Assembly: GCF_009914755.1 (NCBI RefSeq)
Contig: NC_060929.1
Strand: one strand, 5' to 3'
Length of the DNA stretch: 64,000 nt
Origin: the human T2T-CHM13v2.0 reference genome, Homo sapiens
Shown here: in pieces, positions 15,590 to 31,129 of the stretch
Position numbering within the stretch: position 1 is the first letter of the stretch
Layout: each line of letters starts with the position of its first letter
Notes under the pieces: model-generated
Seen by the model: the letters and a program-made list of their open reading frames with translations, nothing else
Told to the model about the DNA's origin: nothing
Databases searched by the model: none
Program-made: the position numbers and the translations under genes

Positions 15590-16130
15590 CCCCATCTTTA
15601 ACACAGCAATTCTACTTCCAGCAATTTATCCAGCAATTTAAATATTCCCATATATATGCAAAGCATATTCCCTGCAGCATTGTGTATATTGGCAAAATAT
15701 TGGAAACAACATGAATTTTCATCAATAGAAATCCGGTAAATAAATTACAGCACAATGAAATAATTGAATACTAAGAAGGAATTAAATGAAATGAGGCAGA
15801 TTTACATAAACAAGCAGTAATTCCAGGATATATTAGGTGAAAAAGCAAGATGCAAAGGAGTGTATATTGTGTGCCACTATTTGTGTAAAATTAAAGTACA
15901 TATACATCATATACATATATATCTATATATGCATAATATCTCTGGAAGGATAGAGAAAGTTTGGATATGGTAATTGCCTCTGGAGAAAGGGCTAGATGGC
16001 TGGAGGTAGCAGTGAAGAAGAAAAATTTACTTTTACCTTTATATATATATATAAAAATAAAATTTACTTTTACATATTATATATAGTGAATATATATATT
16101 TCTGTTTTTTACTATGGACACATGATTACC
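15590..16130 (+). mobile_element. Ancient L1ME-type 3' fragment
   Basis: cagcaattctacttccagcaatttatcc...gcagcattgtgtatattggcaaaatattggaaacaac resembles the L1 ORF2 end and old 3'UTR. Confidence 0.6.
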
Positions 16131-17172
16131 TGGACAAAAAAGAGCAAAGAAATATATCTGCTATCATTATATGCTGTACCCAATGGTGGTGAGTGCTAGT
16201 GAGGCAGCCTCAATCAATGACACACATAAATACATTTGTGCTTGCTTTTATCTGAGTCCTGAACTAGTAAATTTTTAGTTACATTAGATAAGATGAGGCA
16301 TTTTAGTATATGCAATATTTTTTATGTCCTGAACCAGCAAGACCTTTAGCTAGGGTTCAGAAAAACATGGGACTGTTTCTAATAACAATGGCATGTAGAA
16401 AAGACATTCAAGTTTAATTGTCTTACTGACAAATCGTAAGCTGAAAGAGCTTTCTTGAGAAACACACGCCCACCTTCTTCAGAGCTTAAGGAATAGAATG
16501 AGTTTATAAATGTTTGGGAGTAATTCTACTAACTTAAATACAATGTTTTAAGTGATTTCTTCTTTATTAGGATTTCATATGGCTTAAGAAAAAACTTTTG
16601 ATTTAAAAATTTTTGAGGGTATACTTAGCTATAGGGAAATGCACCTTGAAAGCAGCAGAAACTATTAGTACTTTTCTCTATTTACAGCAAGCCAGAGACA
16701 GTCTTTGGCTGCTCTGGGTATAGATAGCATCTACGTTTCAACCTTATTTCTGAAGAGACATATGCAAGATTCTGTAACCTATATGATGTCACATCAGTCT
16801 GTACAAAATCCTCAGTCATATTACCAAAAAGTCTATGCAAAGCTGTATGATACAGGCCATAAGATAGAGACAACACAAGTATCCTTGATGGTATCCTGAG
16901 AAAAAGTGTAACGTACTACACAAGCAGCTTTTGTAATGCCCATGTCTGGTAGGTACTCAGCATTCAAAACTAACAGTAATTACTGCCAAAGCCCGCATTG
17001 TTTTTTGTGCTGATTTATATTGTGTTTGGGGTGGGGGTGCAAGGAGGAGAAAGAGAGAGAAGAAACTAGAGAGCAAGAGAGAGAATAAATTTTTATACCA
17101 AATATTAGTCTCCAGCATTCTCTTCTCTGGTTTATTGGAAATCAGATCATTTTGAACTATTTTAGCAGGCTA

Positions 17173-17226
17173 GTAGAGCCTAGCCTACTGTTAAGCACAT
17201 AATTGATACCTAGTAACTAATCAATA
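17173..17226 (+). repeat. 54-bp copy of 18322-18375 (dispersed local duplication)
   Basis: 53/54 identical to the downstream copy. Confidence 0.95.
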
Positions 17227-17399
17227 GCCAGGCTTGCCATGAGTGCACCTGTGCTTCGGTTGCCAGCCCAGCAGGTGAGCCGTGGGTCCAAAGAGAAACA
17301 CAAACAGCACTACTTTTCCTGTTTACAAGAAGTACTCCTATGAGTCTATCACTATACCTGAGATTCCTACTGACTAAGATGTCATGTCCCCCACCTTTA

Positions 17400-17660
17400 T
17401 TACCTGGAGAGCCATACATCCTTTCAAGTTTTGTTTAAGTGTCCTTTCTATAGTGATTCCCCGTTGCCCAGCCTTCATTCTTTGTGTTACTACAACTCTT
17501 TGTTCACATAGCTATGATAGCACCTCTCGCAGAATGCTATAATGATCATTGTATGACTATGTGTATAAGATCATGACTACCTGCTTTGTCACTGTACTGT
17601 TGAATTCTATGAGGGCAGGGACCTTGTCTTTCCATCTTTGAATCCCCAACAGATGACAGT
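17400..17660 (+). mobile_element. L2 3' fragment
   Basis: tatgagggcagggaccttgtctttccatctttgaatccccaac. Confidence 0.55.
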
Positions 17661-17674
17661 GACTCGGGGGCTCA

Positions 17675-17775
17675 CAATCTCTCCCAGCCTTAGTTTCCTC
17701 ATTTGTAATGCAGAAGGAATAATTTCAGTCTTTAAGGGTTGTCGTCAGGATTAAAAATAATACACGCACAGTGTC
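17675..17775 (+). mobile_element. MIR core fragment
   Basis: agccttagtttcctcatttgtaatgcag...agggttgtcgtcaggattaaa. Confidence 0.65.
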
Positions 17776-18259
17776 AAGAAGAGATGAAAACCAAGAGGGA
17801 CTCAAGACCAAGAAAACACTGAGTAGCCATATTCTATTTGGAATTGTTATATTTTGTCAGCCATGTGTTGGAGCAAAGAGACAGAAGTTCTGCAGAGAGA
17901 AGAATGAATCAGACATGTAGTAAGAAGCAGAGATGGGAGATGGAGTGAGGTCATGCGTGGGTCTCCCTACAGCTTTGCAATTCCGAGTTCCAGTTTTCCT
18001 GAGGTCCAGCTGCATTCTTTGGCATTAAAATAAATCGGCTTAAAGTATAAAATGCTCAAGAAAGAACAGCTTTGGAAGAGGAGAATAGAGAAGTAGCAAA
18101 TTGGGAAGAACTTAGTAATATTTATGTTGCACCTTTTGGATGCTTTGGGATGATTTGCTATGAGATCCCCAAAGTTTCCTTGAAACATATCCAGGAGCAT
18201 AAAACATGCTGGTCCTGTCCACAGTCTAGACTGTACTTGGTATATAAATGTATGCAGAC

Positions 18260-18393
18260 TTGCCAACCAGATTGCAGGCTCTTGGAGAGGGGAAATTATA
18301 CCTTCTTCCTTTCCATTTGCCGTAGAGCCTAGCCTACTGTTAAGCACATAATTGATACCCAGTAACTAATCAATATTTGTTAAATGAATGAAT
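18260..18393 (+). mobile_element. L2 3' terminus
   Basis: ccagattgcaggctcttggagagggg...aatatttgttaaatgaatgaat. Confidence 0.65.
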
Positions 18394-18397
18394 CCAA

Positions 18398-18680
18398 TTT
18401 TTTTGAGACAAGGTCTTGCCCTGTTGCCCAGGCTGGAATGCAGTGGTATGATCTTGGCTCACTACAATTTCTTTCTGCCTCCCAGTCTCAAGCAATCCTC
18501 CCACCTTAGCTACCCTAAAGGTACATGCCACCACACTCAGCTGGGTTTTTTTTTTTTTTTTTAAGAGATGAGTTCTCTCTGTATTGCCAAGGCTGCTGTC
18601 AAACTCCTGGACTCAAGTGGTCCTCCTAATTTGGTCTCCCAAAGTTCTGGGATAATTGGCATGAGCCACTGTACCCAGCT
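18398..18680 (-). mobile_element. AluJ-type element
   Basis: gagacaaggtcttgccctgttgcccaggctgg...atgagccactgtacccagct; diverged. Confidence 0.88.
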
Positions 18681-19099
18681 AGATTCTTTTATAAGGTACA
18701 CAACAAGGGATCCAGAAAGCAATGAATCAGTAGTGGATGTTTCAGCCTCTTCTCAATCTATATACTCTTTTGGTATGATTCAGTAATACTCAGAGTTTCA
18801 GCCACTAGATAGGTATGGATGGTGTTCACATCCTCATTTCCAGCCCAGGCCTATACTGCGGACTCTGGACTCTCATTCCCAACTGCCTGCAGTAGCTGGA
18901 TATAATGACCTACAGGCATCTCTGTCCAGGGTCATCAAACACTGATCTTCAGACATCTCCAAATATCATGTTCTCCAAACTTGCCCCTCTGTCTACATTC
19001 TTAGTCTCAGAATACGGGCACCAGCACTTGCCATGCAGTCTGCCTAGCTGAAAAACTGTGGGTCGTTCTTCCCTCCTTCATGTCCTTCCCTCTGCAGAC

Positions 19100-19290
19100 T
19101 AAGGAGAGCAATGTGGTGCATATAAAAAGCATAGGCTTAAAAGTCTCACAGGCCTGGAATTTGGCTCAATCACTTAGTTTTGACCTTGAAAACATTACTG
19201 CCTTGTGGCTCATTATCTTTGTTTGTAAAATGAGATTATTAATGCCTATCTTAGAGGGATGTTTAATAACTAGACTTAATGTATACAGCA
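19100..19290 (+). mobile_element. MIR SINE
   Basis: tgaccttgaaaacattac...ctttgtttgtaaaatgagattattaatgcctatcttagaggg. Confidence 0.6.
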
Positions 19291-20019
19291 TTGCAGACTC
19301 CAACTGTCATTTAGTGTCCTGGACATGACTTTACTGTTTCATGGAGTACACAATGATTGGTTTATTTTTAAGTCCACACGAATCTCTAAGCAAGTTGAAG
19401 AGACGGTATTACTTTCATCTAATGCTTTGAATTTAATGAAATGGCATCGTTTTTCCTAAAAGCTCTGAATCTACATGTCAAAAAAATAGAATAAAAGACA
19501 CAAGAACCAGTGGCATGGATAAATAAGAATCTATCTTATTAGACTTCATCTATAGAGTTTATATATATTCTGGATGCTTATTTTTCAAAAGCATTTGCGA
19601 AAAGGCAAAAGACATTATAAGAAGAGAAGAATATGCTACACTTCTTGGAGTAGAAGAAGACTATAAAATACCATGATGAACAATCTAAATCAGACAGAAA
19701 TCTTTTAGACAATCAAAAACACAGTTAATATGGAATGTTTGGTCTGGCTAGCTGGGGTGACAGGATAGTGGGGCAAGGCACAACCAAGAATTGCATTTCA
19801 GTGACTCACTGCTCCTACAAAAACGGTGGCTTCTGAGAAATACAATTTAGAAGAAAATATCTATAATAAAATGTGAGGTGCCATACCAAAAATAACATAA
19901 CATTTACTTAGGGGGGAAACCCTCAATTAATTGCCCTTTGAAAACGGAACCTTCTCAGAAATCACTGAGAATCTACCTGAAGATCTCAGGAAGTTTATGT
20001 GAGCTCATTTGATCATTAT

Positions 20020-20440
20020 TGGTTCATTCATTCACTCATTAAACAAATGTTTTTTAAGTGCCTGCTATAAGCCAAGGCTGGGATATGTATGGTGGGGAAC
20101 AAAGTATGCACAGTTCCTGTACTGTGGGGGAGGGGGGGTTACAATGTAACAGGAAAGGCAGGCAATTAACTAAGCAAAAACAATAAAATGCGATATATTC
20201 TCTATTGAGCATTATTTTAGTGCTGTAAGAACAGGAAGAATACTTAACCAATCTGGGCTTATAAGGAAGTGCTTTTCTCAAGTGAAGAAGAAGTAAAAAG
20301 ATGATCAGGTGATAGGAACATTATATCCAAAAACTTGAAGGTAAGAAATGGAGAATCATCCCAAAAAGGAAAAACTTAAAGTTCAAGTTGAAACAGCTAT
20401 AGATTTGGCTGCTGAGAAAGGTGAAAGTCAGGTTATGAAA
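20020..20440 (-). mobile_element. L2 3' fragment
   Basis: ttcattcattcactcattaaacaaatgtttttaagtgcctgctataagccaag. Confidence 0.6.
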
Positions 20441-20446
20441 GATTTA

Positions 20447-21655
20447 ATTTTTTTTAAATGGACTGAATTGAGGTGCAATTTATATTCAATAATGCACACT
20501 CTTAAGGTCAAATGAATTTTGAAAAATGTTTCCATATGTAACCTGCAACCCAATGAAAGCATGGAACATTTCCATCTCCTGATGAAGTTGTTTAGTGCCC
20601 CTTTGCAGTCATCTCCCCTCCCTCCCCAGCACCCCCTGATACAGGTAGAAATTGCTCCACTTCCTATCACTATAGATTGGTTTTACTTGTTCTAGAATTT
20701 AATATAAATAGACTTTTCTAAGTATAACGTCTATGTGATTCCTCCATGCTGTTGTGTATCTCAGTAGCTCATTCCTTTTTATTGATGAGTAGGATTTGAT
20801 TTTATGATATACTCTAATTTGTTTATCCAATCATTAATTTACTAGAACCCACCCTTATTTGGGTTGATTTTAGCTGCTATAAATGAAGCTCCCATGAGCA
20901 TTCATGTACCAGCCTTTTTTATAAACATAAGTTGTTAGTTCTCTGGAGTAAATACCTAAGAGCGGAATCACTGGGTCACATGATAAGTAGGTTTAACTTC
21001 ATAAGAAACTGGCAAACTGTTTTTTAAACGTGGTCACTCTATTTTACACCTTACTGTAAATGTATGAGAGTTCCTGTTTCTCCACATTCTTGTAAACATT
21101 TTATATTACTGGTCATTTTAATTTTAGTCATTCCAGTAGGTGTGAAGTGGTATTTCATTGTGATCTTAATTTGTCCTTTTGTGATGATCAGTGATGCTGA
21201 ACATCATTTTTACATGATTATTGGCCATTTGTATTTTGCCTTTTGTAAAATTTGTTTACATTGTTTGCCATTAATTTTGAAAGAGTTCTTTATATATTGT
21301 TGATTCAAGTACTTTGTTAGTTATATTGTGGTAAATATTTTCTTCTAGTACATAGCCTGCCCTTTTATTAAGTGTTTTCTTTGAAAAGTGATTATTTTAA
21401 TTTTTGTAGAAGCCCAATTTATCAATACTTTCTTTTCGGGTTACGGATTTTTTTTCCTATTTTTGCTTATAGAAGGTTTATAGTCATAATCTTTGCATTT
21501 AGATTTATAATCCATTTCAATTTGATTTTTGTATATGGTGTAAAGTAAGGGTTGAAGTTAATTGTTTTACATACGGAGATCAGATTCCAATTGTTTTAGC
21601 ACCATATATTGAAAAGACTATCATTTCTCATTGAATTGTCTTACAGAAAATCAAT
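20447..21655 (-). mobile_element. Old L1M (MD/ME-type) 3' end and ORF2 C-terminal region
   Basis: tgtatgagagttcctgtttctccacattct...gtgtgaagtggtatttcattgtg, antisense L1 ORF2/3'UTR. Confidence 0.75.
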
Positions 21656-21699
21656 TCCATTTTTACAATTACTGACTTTTTTCTTTTCTTGAGTATGTA

Positions 21700-22045
21700 T
21701 AGGAGGAGCATCCTTAATCCAAATATCAAAAAATATAAAATGCTCCAAATTCTAAAAGTTTTTGTGTACCAACATGACCTCGCAAAGGGAAAATTCCACA
21801 TCTAACCTCATGTGGCAGGTTACAGTTGAAACTTCGTTTTATGCCCCAAATTATGAAAACTGTTGTGTAAAATTACGTTTAGACTAAGTACATAAGGTGT
21901 ATATGAAACATAAATGAATTTCGTGTTTAGACTTGGGTCCCATCTCCAAGATACCATGTTATCTATATGCAAATATTCCAGAGTCTGGCAAAAATCCAAA
22001 ATCTAAAACACTTCTGGTCCCAAGCATTTTGGATAAGGGATATAT
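21700..22045 (+). mobile_element. Tigger4/MER46-type TcMar DNA transposon derivative
   Basis: gagcatccttaatcc...atgctccaaa...aaaattccacatctaacctcatgtg...aaaacacttctggtcccaagcattttggataagggata. Confidence 0.75.
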
Positions 22046-22206
22046 ATTACATTTCTGTTTATTTTGTGATTGAATACTAGACACTTGGGATACTATATTT
22101 TAGAAAATTAGGATTCTATCTTCCTTGCTTCCTATTTAGCAACAAATTTAATTTCTGGCTGCCCCCTAGAATGTGTCTAGGCTTGATTTTGTGCTTCATT
22201 AATTAG

Positions 22207-22560
22207 TGATATGGTTTGGCTGCATCCCTACCCAAATCTCACCTTGAATTGTAATAATCCTCATGTGTCAAGGGTGGGCCAGGTGGAGATCACTGAATCA
22301 TGGGGGCAGTTTCACCATATTGTTCTTGTGGTACTGAATAAGTCTCACGAAAGCTGATGGTTTCATAACTGGGAGTTCTCCTGAACAAGCTCTCTTGCCT
22401 GCCGCCATGTAAGACATGCCTTTGCTTCTCCTTTGCCTTCTGCCATGATTGTGAGGCCTCTCCAGCCATGTGGAACTGTGAGTCCTTGAAACTTCTTTCC
22501 TTTACAGATTACCCAGTCTTGGGTATGTCTTTATAAGCAGCGTGAAAACGAACTAATACA
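22207..22560 (+). mobile_element. THE1 (B/C-like) MaLR solo LTR
   Basis: TGATATGGTTTGGCTG...GAACTAATACA, 354 bp; TSD attag/gttag. Confidence 0.9.
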
Positions 22561-23399
22561 GTTAGGAACTGTAAAAACCCAAGGTATTTTGCAAGCCCCT
22601 CTAAGCTGGTAAGACTCAGCCTCCAAACTGTCTCTCTATGGATCTTGGTAGAGGTTGGTTTTAGGCTTTCTTCAGATAATCCTACATTAAGTCTTTCTCT
22701 AGGGCATGGTCTTTACTCTTAAGACATGGTCTTTCTGCCATCTCAAGTGGATTCCAGAGGTTTTAAAGAGGCTTGAAGGACATTTCTCCACTCTGGCAAG
22801 GCTGGAACTCCAGTATCTGCAGGCACTGCTTAACCTCCAATATCTTTGTTCACCTTTCAGCCCTAGAGCAATTGCTAGCTGTTAAGCCTTGGGTTATTTG
22901 CCCTGAACCTATACAACCCCCTCTCAGTCATGAACTTGAAGTGTTCCATCACACAAATTTCTGAGAACTTCCTTCTTCTATGACATTCTACCTATTATAT
23001 TCCTGCTGCTTCAGCTACCCAGAACTCTGATCTCTGCCCCTATGCTCAGTGGGACCACTGTACTCTGCTTGACTCCAGCTTTCTGTTCTGCAATCAGAAA
23101 ATTGTTCTCAGGCAGAGAACTGGCAATTGTGGACCCCACTTCATGAGTTCCCCTCCTTTCAAAGATCGCAGGCTTAAAACTGTCAGTTACTTGAGACGTT
23201 TATGAAAGAAGTCTAGCTGGGCACCATTTAATTCATAAATGCTGGAAGCTATCAGTTTTTAAGCAGAGAAGTAAAGTAACCTATTTGTACTTTAGAAGGG
23301 TCACTCAGGTTTCAATGGAAAGTGAATTGGTAGTGGAAAAGACTGGTGCACACAGACAACACATGGCAATAGGAGTAATCCTGGAAAAAATTACCTATT

Positions 23400-23640
23400 T
23401 AATAAATACATATTTAGTGATCGCTATATGCAAGTTACTGTTCTCATTCTAGTATTAACTCATTCTAGTATTAACTCACTTAACCATCACCAATCCCATG
23501 ATATAATAGTATTATTATCTCCATTTTATAGGTTGGAAAACGGAGGGACAGACAGGCTAAGTAATTTGACCAAAAAGCAGAGTTTGGGATTGAAAACAGG
23601 TGGCCTGAGTTTGGAGTCCATGATCTTTAAAACCAGACAG
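23400..23640 (-). mobile_element. MIR SINE carrying a 16-bp tandem duplication (23443-23474)
   Basis: tattattatctccattttataggttggaaaacggagggacagacaggctaagtaatttgacc; CTCATTCTAGTATTAA twice. Confidence 0.7.
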
Positions 23641-23886
23641 TGCTGTGGTAATGGTAGCCTAATGTAGTGGAAATGAGCAACCTTTGCTTCCTGAGCCTGA
23701 AAAGCATGGACTTCCCTTTCTGGACACTATTATTAGTAGACATACTGTGTGCCAGTGTGAATAGAACAACAATCCAGGCATCTTGGGAGATAAGGGATTC
23801 AAAGCAAAGATTCTTAGCCTATAATCAACATAAAGACTCTAAAAAAACAAAATTATGAAGAAAGTAATTATTAAACAATATACTCA

Positions 23887-24329
<443 letters not shown>

Positions 24330-24729
24330 TTATGAAGTCATTTGCCTCTGAACCCACTTCCCTAGCTATAAAATTGAACTAAAGTAATATCAGTCAAAAG
24401 CATACATCACTGAATTAATTTTCATCTTTTAAAAAAGTCCTGACAATTTTTGTTACAATGCAATTTGGTGCAGTTGCTGAGATAAAGAACTGAAATGAAC
24501 TGGAGAGGAAAAAATAAACCCAGAATACAAAAAAAAAAAAAAAGATGAAGTTTTGCCATTCTTGGAACAATAAATGAAACAAAATATCTGTTATTATGAA
24601 ATAACCCCATTAGAGAGGTCAGGGAAAATGGCAGCTGAGGTTAAAATAAAAATAGTCAGATAGGTTGTGTGCTGACATCTGGGTCTAGGTCAACATGTCA
24701 TGTGTACCAAGTTAAGAGTGTCTTCTGAA

Positions 24730-25050
24730 TTTTAGTGATAAACAACTACTCAGATTAAAATATGCCATAAAAATTATGTTTTTAAAAAAGCACTGTTTAC
24801 ATTTATCTGTGGAAATTTCTGTCCTGCTGATAACCCAAATGCATGAGTTAAACCATCTGCCTCTTTTTCTGATGTGAAAGGGAATGATGTAAATGCTGTT
24901 TACAGCAGTGAGTTGGTTTGCTGGGAGGCTGCTGTTTTTTATCAGCATTTTAACATTGGATAACTGAGATAACTGTACTTCAGGCATATTCCCAAGAAAA
25001 GTCCATAGGCATCTCTCCTGGTGAGGGCAGGTTTATCATGTTTACAAATG
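24730..25050. promoter_or_regulatory. Candidate GATA/forkhead enhancer
   Basis: Six WGATAA and three TGTTTAC sites within ~310 bp of non-repetitive DNA; function untested. Confidence 0.3.
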
Positions 25051-25226
25051 TCCAACTCTACTCAAGATATACATGCAATCCAGAGAGTCACATAAGAGAC
25101 AGTGTGATAGAAATGACACGCATTTTGATGGGAGATTAATCCAGATTCAAATTCTGCCTTTCTAATCTTGGCCAAGTTATGGAAATTTTCTAGATCTTTG
25201 TTTATTCAGCCATAAAATAAGCTTAC

Positions 25227-25676
25227 TATAGGGGGTTGAATGGTGGACTCCATTTATCCATGTCCTAACCCCCAAAACCTGTGAATGTGACCTTATTTAG
25301 AAAAAAAAAGTCTTTACAGGTATAATTTTGAGAAGTGATCTTTCTGGGTTTTCTGGTGGGTCCTAAGTCCAATGACAAGTGGCCTTCTGAAAGATGCACA
25401 GGGTTGAGCTGCACGGGAAGAAACGGAGAATGAGGCCATGTGAAGACAAACGAAGAGATTGGACTTATTTAGTCACAAGCCAAGGAATACTTGGAGCCAC
25501 CAGAAGCTGGAAGAGGAAAGGAAAAATCCTCTCCTAGAGCCTTTAGAGATAACATTGCCCTTAGAATACCTCAATTTCTGACCTCTGGCCTCCAGAACTG
25601 TGAGAAAATATATTTTTGTTGTTTTAAACCACCCAGTTTGTGGTAATTTTTAACAGAAGCCCCAAGAAACGAATAC
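25227..25676 (+). mobile_element. MLT1 (B/C-like) LTR inserted in a MIR remnant
   Basis: gttgaatggtgg...acctgtgaatgtgaccttattt...ggagccaccagaagctggaagagg...ctggcctccagaactgtgaga...gaaacgaataca. Confidence 0.85.
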
Positions 25677-27593
25677 AATGACATTATAGGTTTTTTGTGG
25701 GGAATATAGATAGAGCTGTGCATAGCCAAAGTAAACATTTATTTAGTGTTAGCTACTATGGTAATAGTACATGATACTTCAAACACATGGCTACAAATAC
25801 TTGTGGAATCAAGGACCAAGTGTCTTCCACTTCAATATAAAATTTATAAGGTCAAGTGTCCCAGTTACTGCTAAGGATATTTGAAAGAAGAAATCTGAAA
25901 AAAAAATTTATTGGCTACTAATACGAAGTTCACTTGTAAGGAGAGGACTCACCTTTACTGAAGATAAGATTTCTAAAGCCCATTTCAGAGGAGAGGCTGA
26001 GCCTCTAGGTCCTGGATATGAATAAATGTACTTCACATAAGAGAAGAGGACTCCAGGAAAATGAAGGGGGAAAGAAAGGCAGAAAAGGCTCCAAGCTCTA
26101 AGCTATAACCCGCTCTCTATAACCATCTTCAGGAAAGCCTCAACATCACAAAACATGACTTGAGAGGAATGATTCTCTCTCTCCCTCCCTTCCTTTCTTT
26201 CTTCACTGCTTTTTTCATTGAAAGTGTAGAGAAATGAGGCTTCAAACCCAGAATAATATAGAAAACTGAGACTGAATGGAAAGACAAAAAGATACAGGTG
26301 TTATTAGTGTTTGCTTAGATCCAGGCACCACCTCAAAGTCAAGTTAGGATACAAGAGGACTACATGTGCAAAGAATGACCAAAGATTAGGCTGAAATCTT
26401 GATGTTCATTCTCCTTTAGAAAACCTTCACTCACCAAACACATAGTTCAACTGAAGACCTTTTATTCACAAATGCCAAGAATTCTGGAATGGAAATATTT
26501 TTCTGAGATGCAAAATTAACTTCCAGGATGTAAATATTTTTTACTTTTAAAAATCTGTCACAGGATGTATTTTTTAGGGCAACATATATGTTTTGAAGTC
26601 AGGTATTTTTACCTAAGATTACTCCAAATGCGGTTACAACTGGTACAATCATTTGCAATAAAACTAATTCATCTAATTCATATGTCTAATGAAGAATTGA
26701 ATTACCAGCCAAATTACATTTTCTATGTAATATGCCATCTTTGAAAACTGTTTTTCGTAATCTAGGGGGACCAAACACATCAAATACATGTCATATTATT
26801 AGAGAAAAAATACAAGCTAAAGTGTCTGAATTTGTAGGTAAAATACAAATTCAGACGATGTGATGTCAAATACAGACAAGAATAATTGGAAAAGTTTCGT
26901 GGCAGAATAGTGTACTTTAATTAAACACTGAGGAAGAATCAGAAGGTGATCACCAGAATAAAATTTCATAAAGGCAAGCCAGTTAAACTCCCAGGATTCC
27001 AGGGATGAAGGTAGGAGGAAGAATGAGGTGTTTTCACTCTTTGACTTCACTGAAGAGGAAATTTGAATGAGAACTGAAGTGTCTGAAAATGAAAATTATA
27101 TTCGGCATCCATTTATCACATGGGGAAAATGGTAAATGGGAACAAAATAATAATAAGAGGTATAGTTTCTGATGCGCTTACGCTCATGAGCTTAACTATA
27201 GAGCTAAACTGCAAAATTACAAAACATTTTAAAATTAAAATGCAGCCTCCTCTTAGGTCAAAATGTTTGCCTAAGTGGGTAGATTGGTTAGTCTGGACCC
27301 TTTGGACACTTTTAAGCATTCCAGAATGCCTCCAATGAATTTAGAATGCCAAGATTGTGCACAAATATGCTATTTAAAATTCTAGAATTGCATTTGTTAA
27401 TCCAATTAAGTCTAGCTTTGCCAGACACAGGGGCTGAACTCCACTTCAAATCATGTAGCTGAAATATACTCAAAAAATTTATGTAAAGAGAAACCCATTC
27501 TAATTCCACAATACCTGTTTCTAAAATGACTGCAAATACTCAAGTTACTAACATTTCTTTGGAAATGATTATTGCTATATCTTCAATCACTCC

Positions 27594-27596
<3 letters not shown>

Positions 27597-27624
<28 letters not shown>
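27597..27624. repeat. (CA)n microsatellite
   Basis: Direct reading. Confidence 0.95.
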
Positions 27625-27629
<5 letters not shown>

Positions 27630-28013
27630 ATGACATGAAATGAACAAAATAGGTAGGAAACTGTTAGTATTGCAAATGTATTTTATTTACCAAACCATTA
27701 TAGGTTTAAACTTGTATTCATACCTTGACTCGTACATTCTCATTCATAAGCACATATCTTATCTATTTAACTTCATTAAATCATCTGATTTTCTGTTTAA
27801 GTCCATTTCTAATATTTTTTATGCTTCTGATGAAGTCTTTCACTCTCTCACATGAATAGTGGGTACATTTTATCATCCTAAGAAGTTGGCAAGCTCCTTG
27901 AAAAGACAGACCATATCATATGTTTATTTTATATCGCCTTGATGCCAACTACTGTCATGGTAAATCCTCAATGTGTTGATTTGATTTTCATTAATTCAAT
28001 TCCAATCTAGCAC

Positions 28014-28314
<301 letters not shown>

Positions 28315-28362
28315 CAATCCAGTAGCAAATGTTACTTTGTACTCTTATAGAATCGCATATAA

Positions 28363-30329
<1,967 letters not shown>

Positions 30330-30723
30330 AAAATTGAGACTGTTTAAAATAAAACAATATACAAAGGTGGGGAGATAGGTTTATACCTTGAAATTCTGAA
30401 ATCCTTAATTTCCTTTTAAGCATAACATATTCAACATATGACTATATCTGCAATGTCCAGAAATTGATCCAAAGAAATTTCTAAATATATAAAAGCCAGA
30501 AGAATAAAAGAGTGAAAGAAATACAGAAAACTAGAGATTTAACCACAACTTTGGAAGATGGAAAATAGATGATTGAGTGACACCTGACATAACAGAGCAG
30601 GTCAAGTTCAAACTCTAGTGCCAGCAAAAAGTAGCATCAACTAGAGGCAGGATAATTTGTACTGCAAAACCCTAAAACAGGAGGACCTAAACAGGAGGAT
30701 TAATCAGGAGTGTGAATAAAGAG

Positions 30724-31077
30724 TGTATTAGTTCATTTTCACACTGCTATAAAGAATACCTGAGACCGGGTAATTTACAAAGGAAAGAGGTTTAGTTGAC
30801 TCACAGTTCCACATGGTTGGGGAGACCGCAGGAAACTTAAAATCATGATGTAAGGTGAAGGGGAAGCAGGCACCTTCCTCACAAGGCAGTAGGAGTGAAA
30901 GGAACTGCCAAACACTTTGACCATCAGATCTTTTAAGAGCTCACTAGATATAAGGAGAACAGCAAGGGGAAAACTGCACCCATGATCCAATCACTTCCCA
31001 CCAGGTCTGTCCCTCAACACATGGGGTTTACAATTCGAGATGAGATTTGGGTGGGGACACAGAGCCAAACCACATCA
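30724..31077 (-). mobile_element. MSTA/THE1D-type MaLR solo LTR
   Basis: TGTATTAGT...CACATCA termini; perfect 5-bp TSD AAGAG. Confidence 0.9.
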
Positions 31078-31129
31078 AAGAGTTCCCCTAAACCCCATCT
31101 CTCACTTCATGCAGTAGAATAAACACAAC

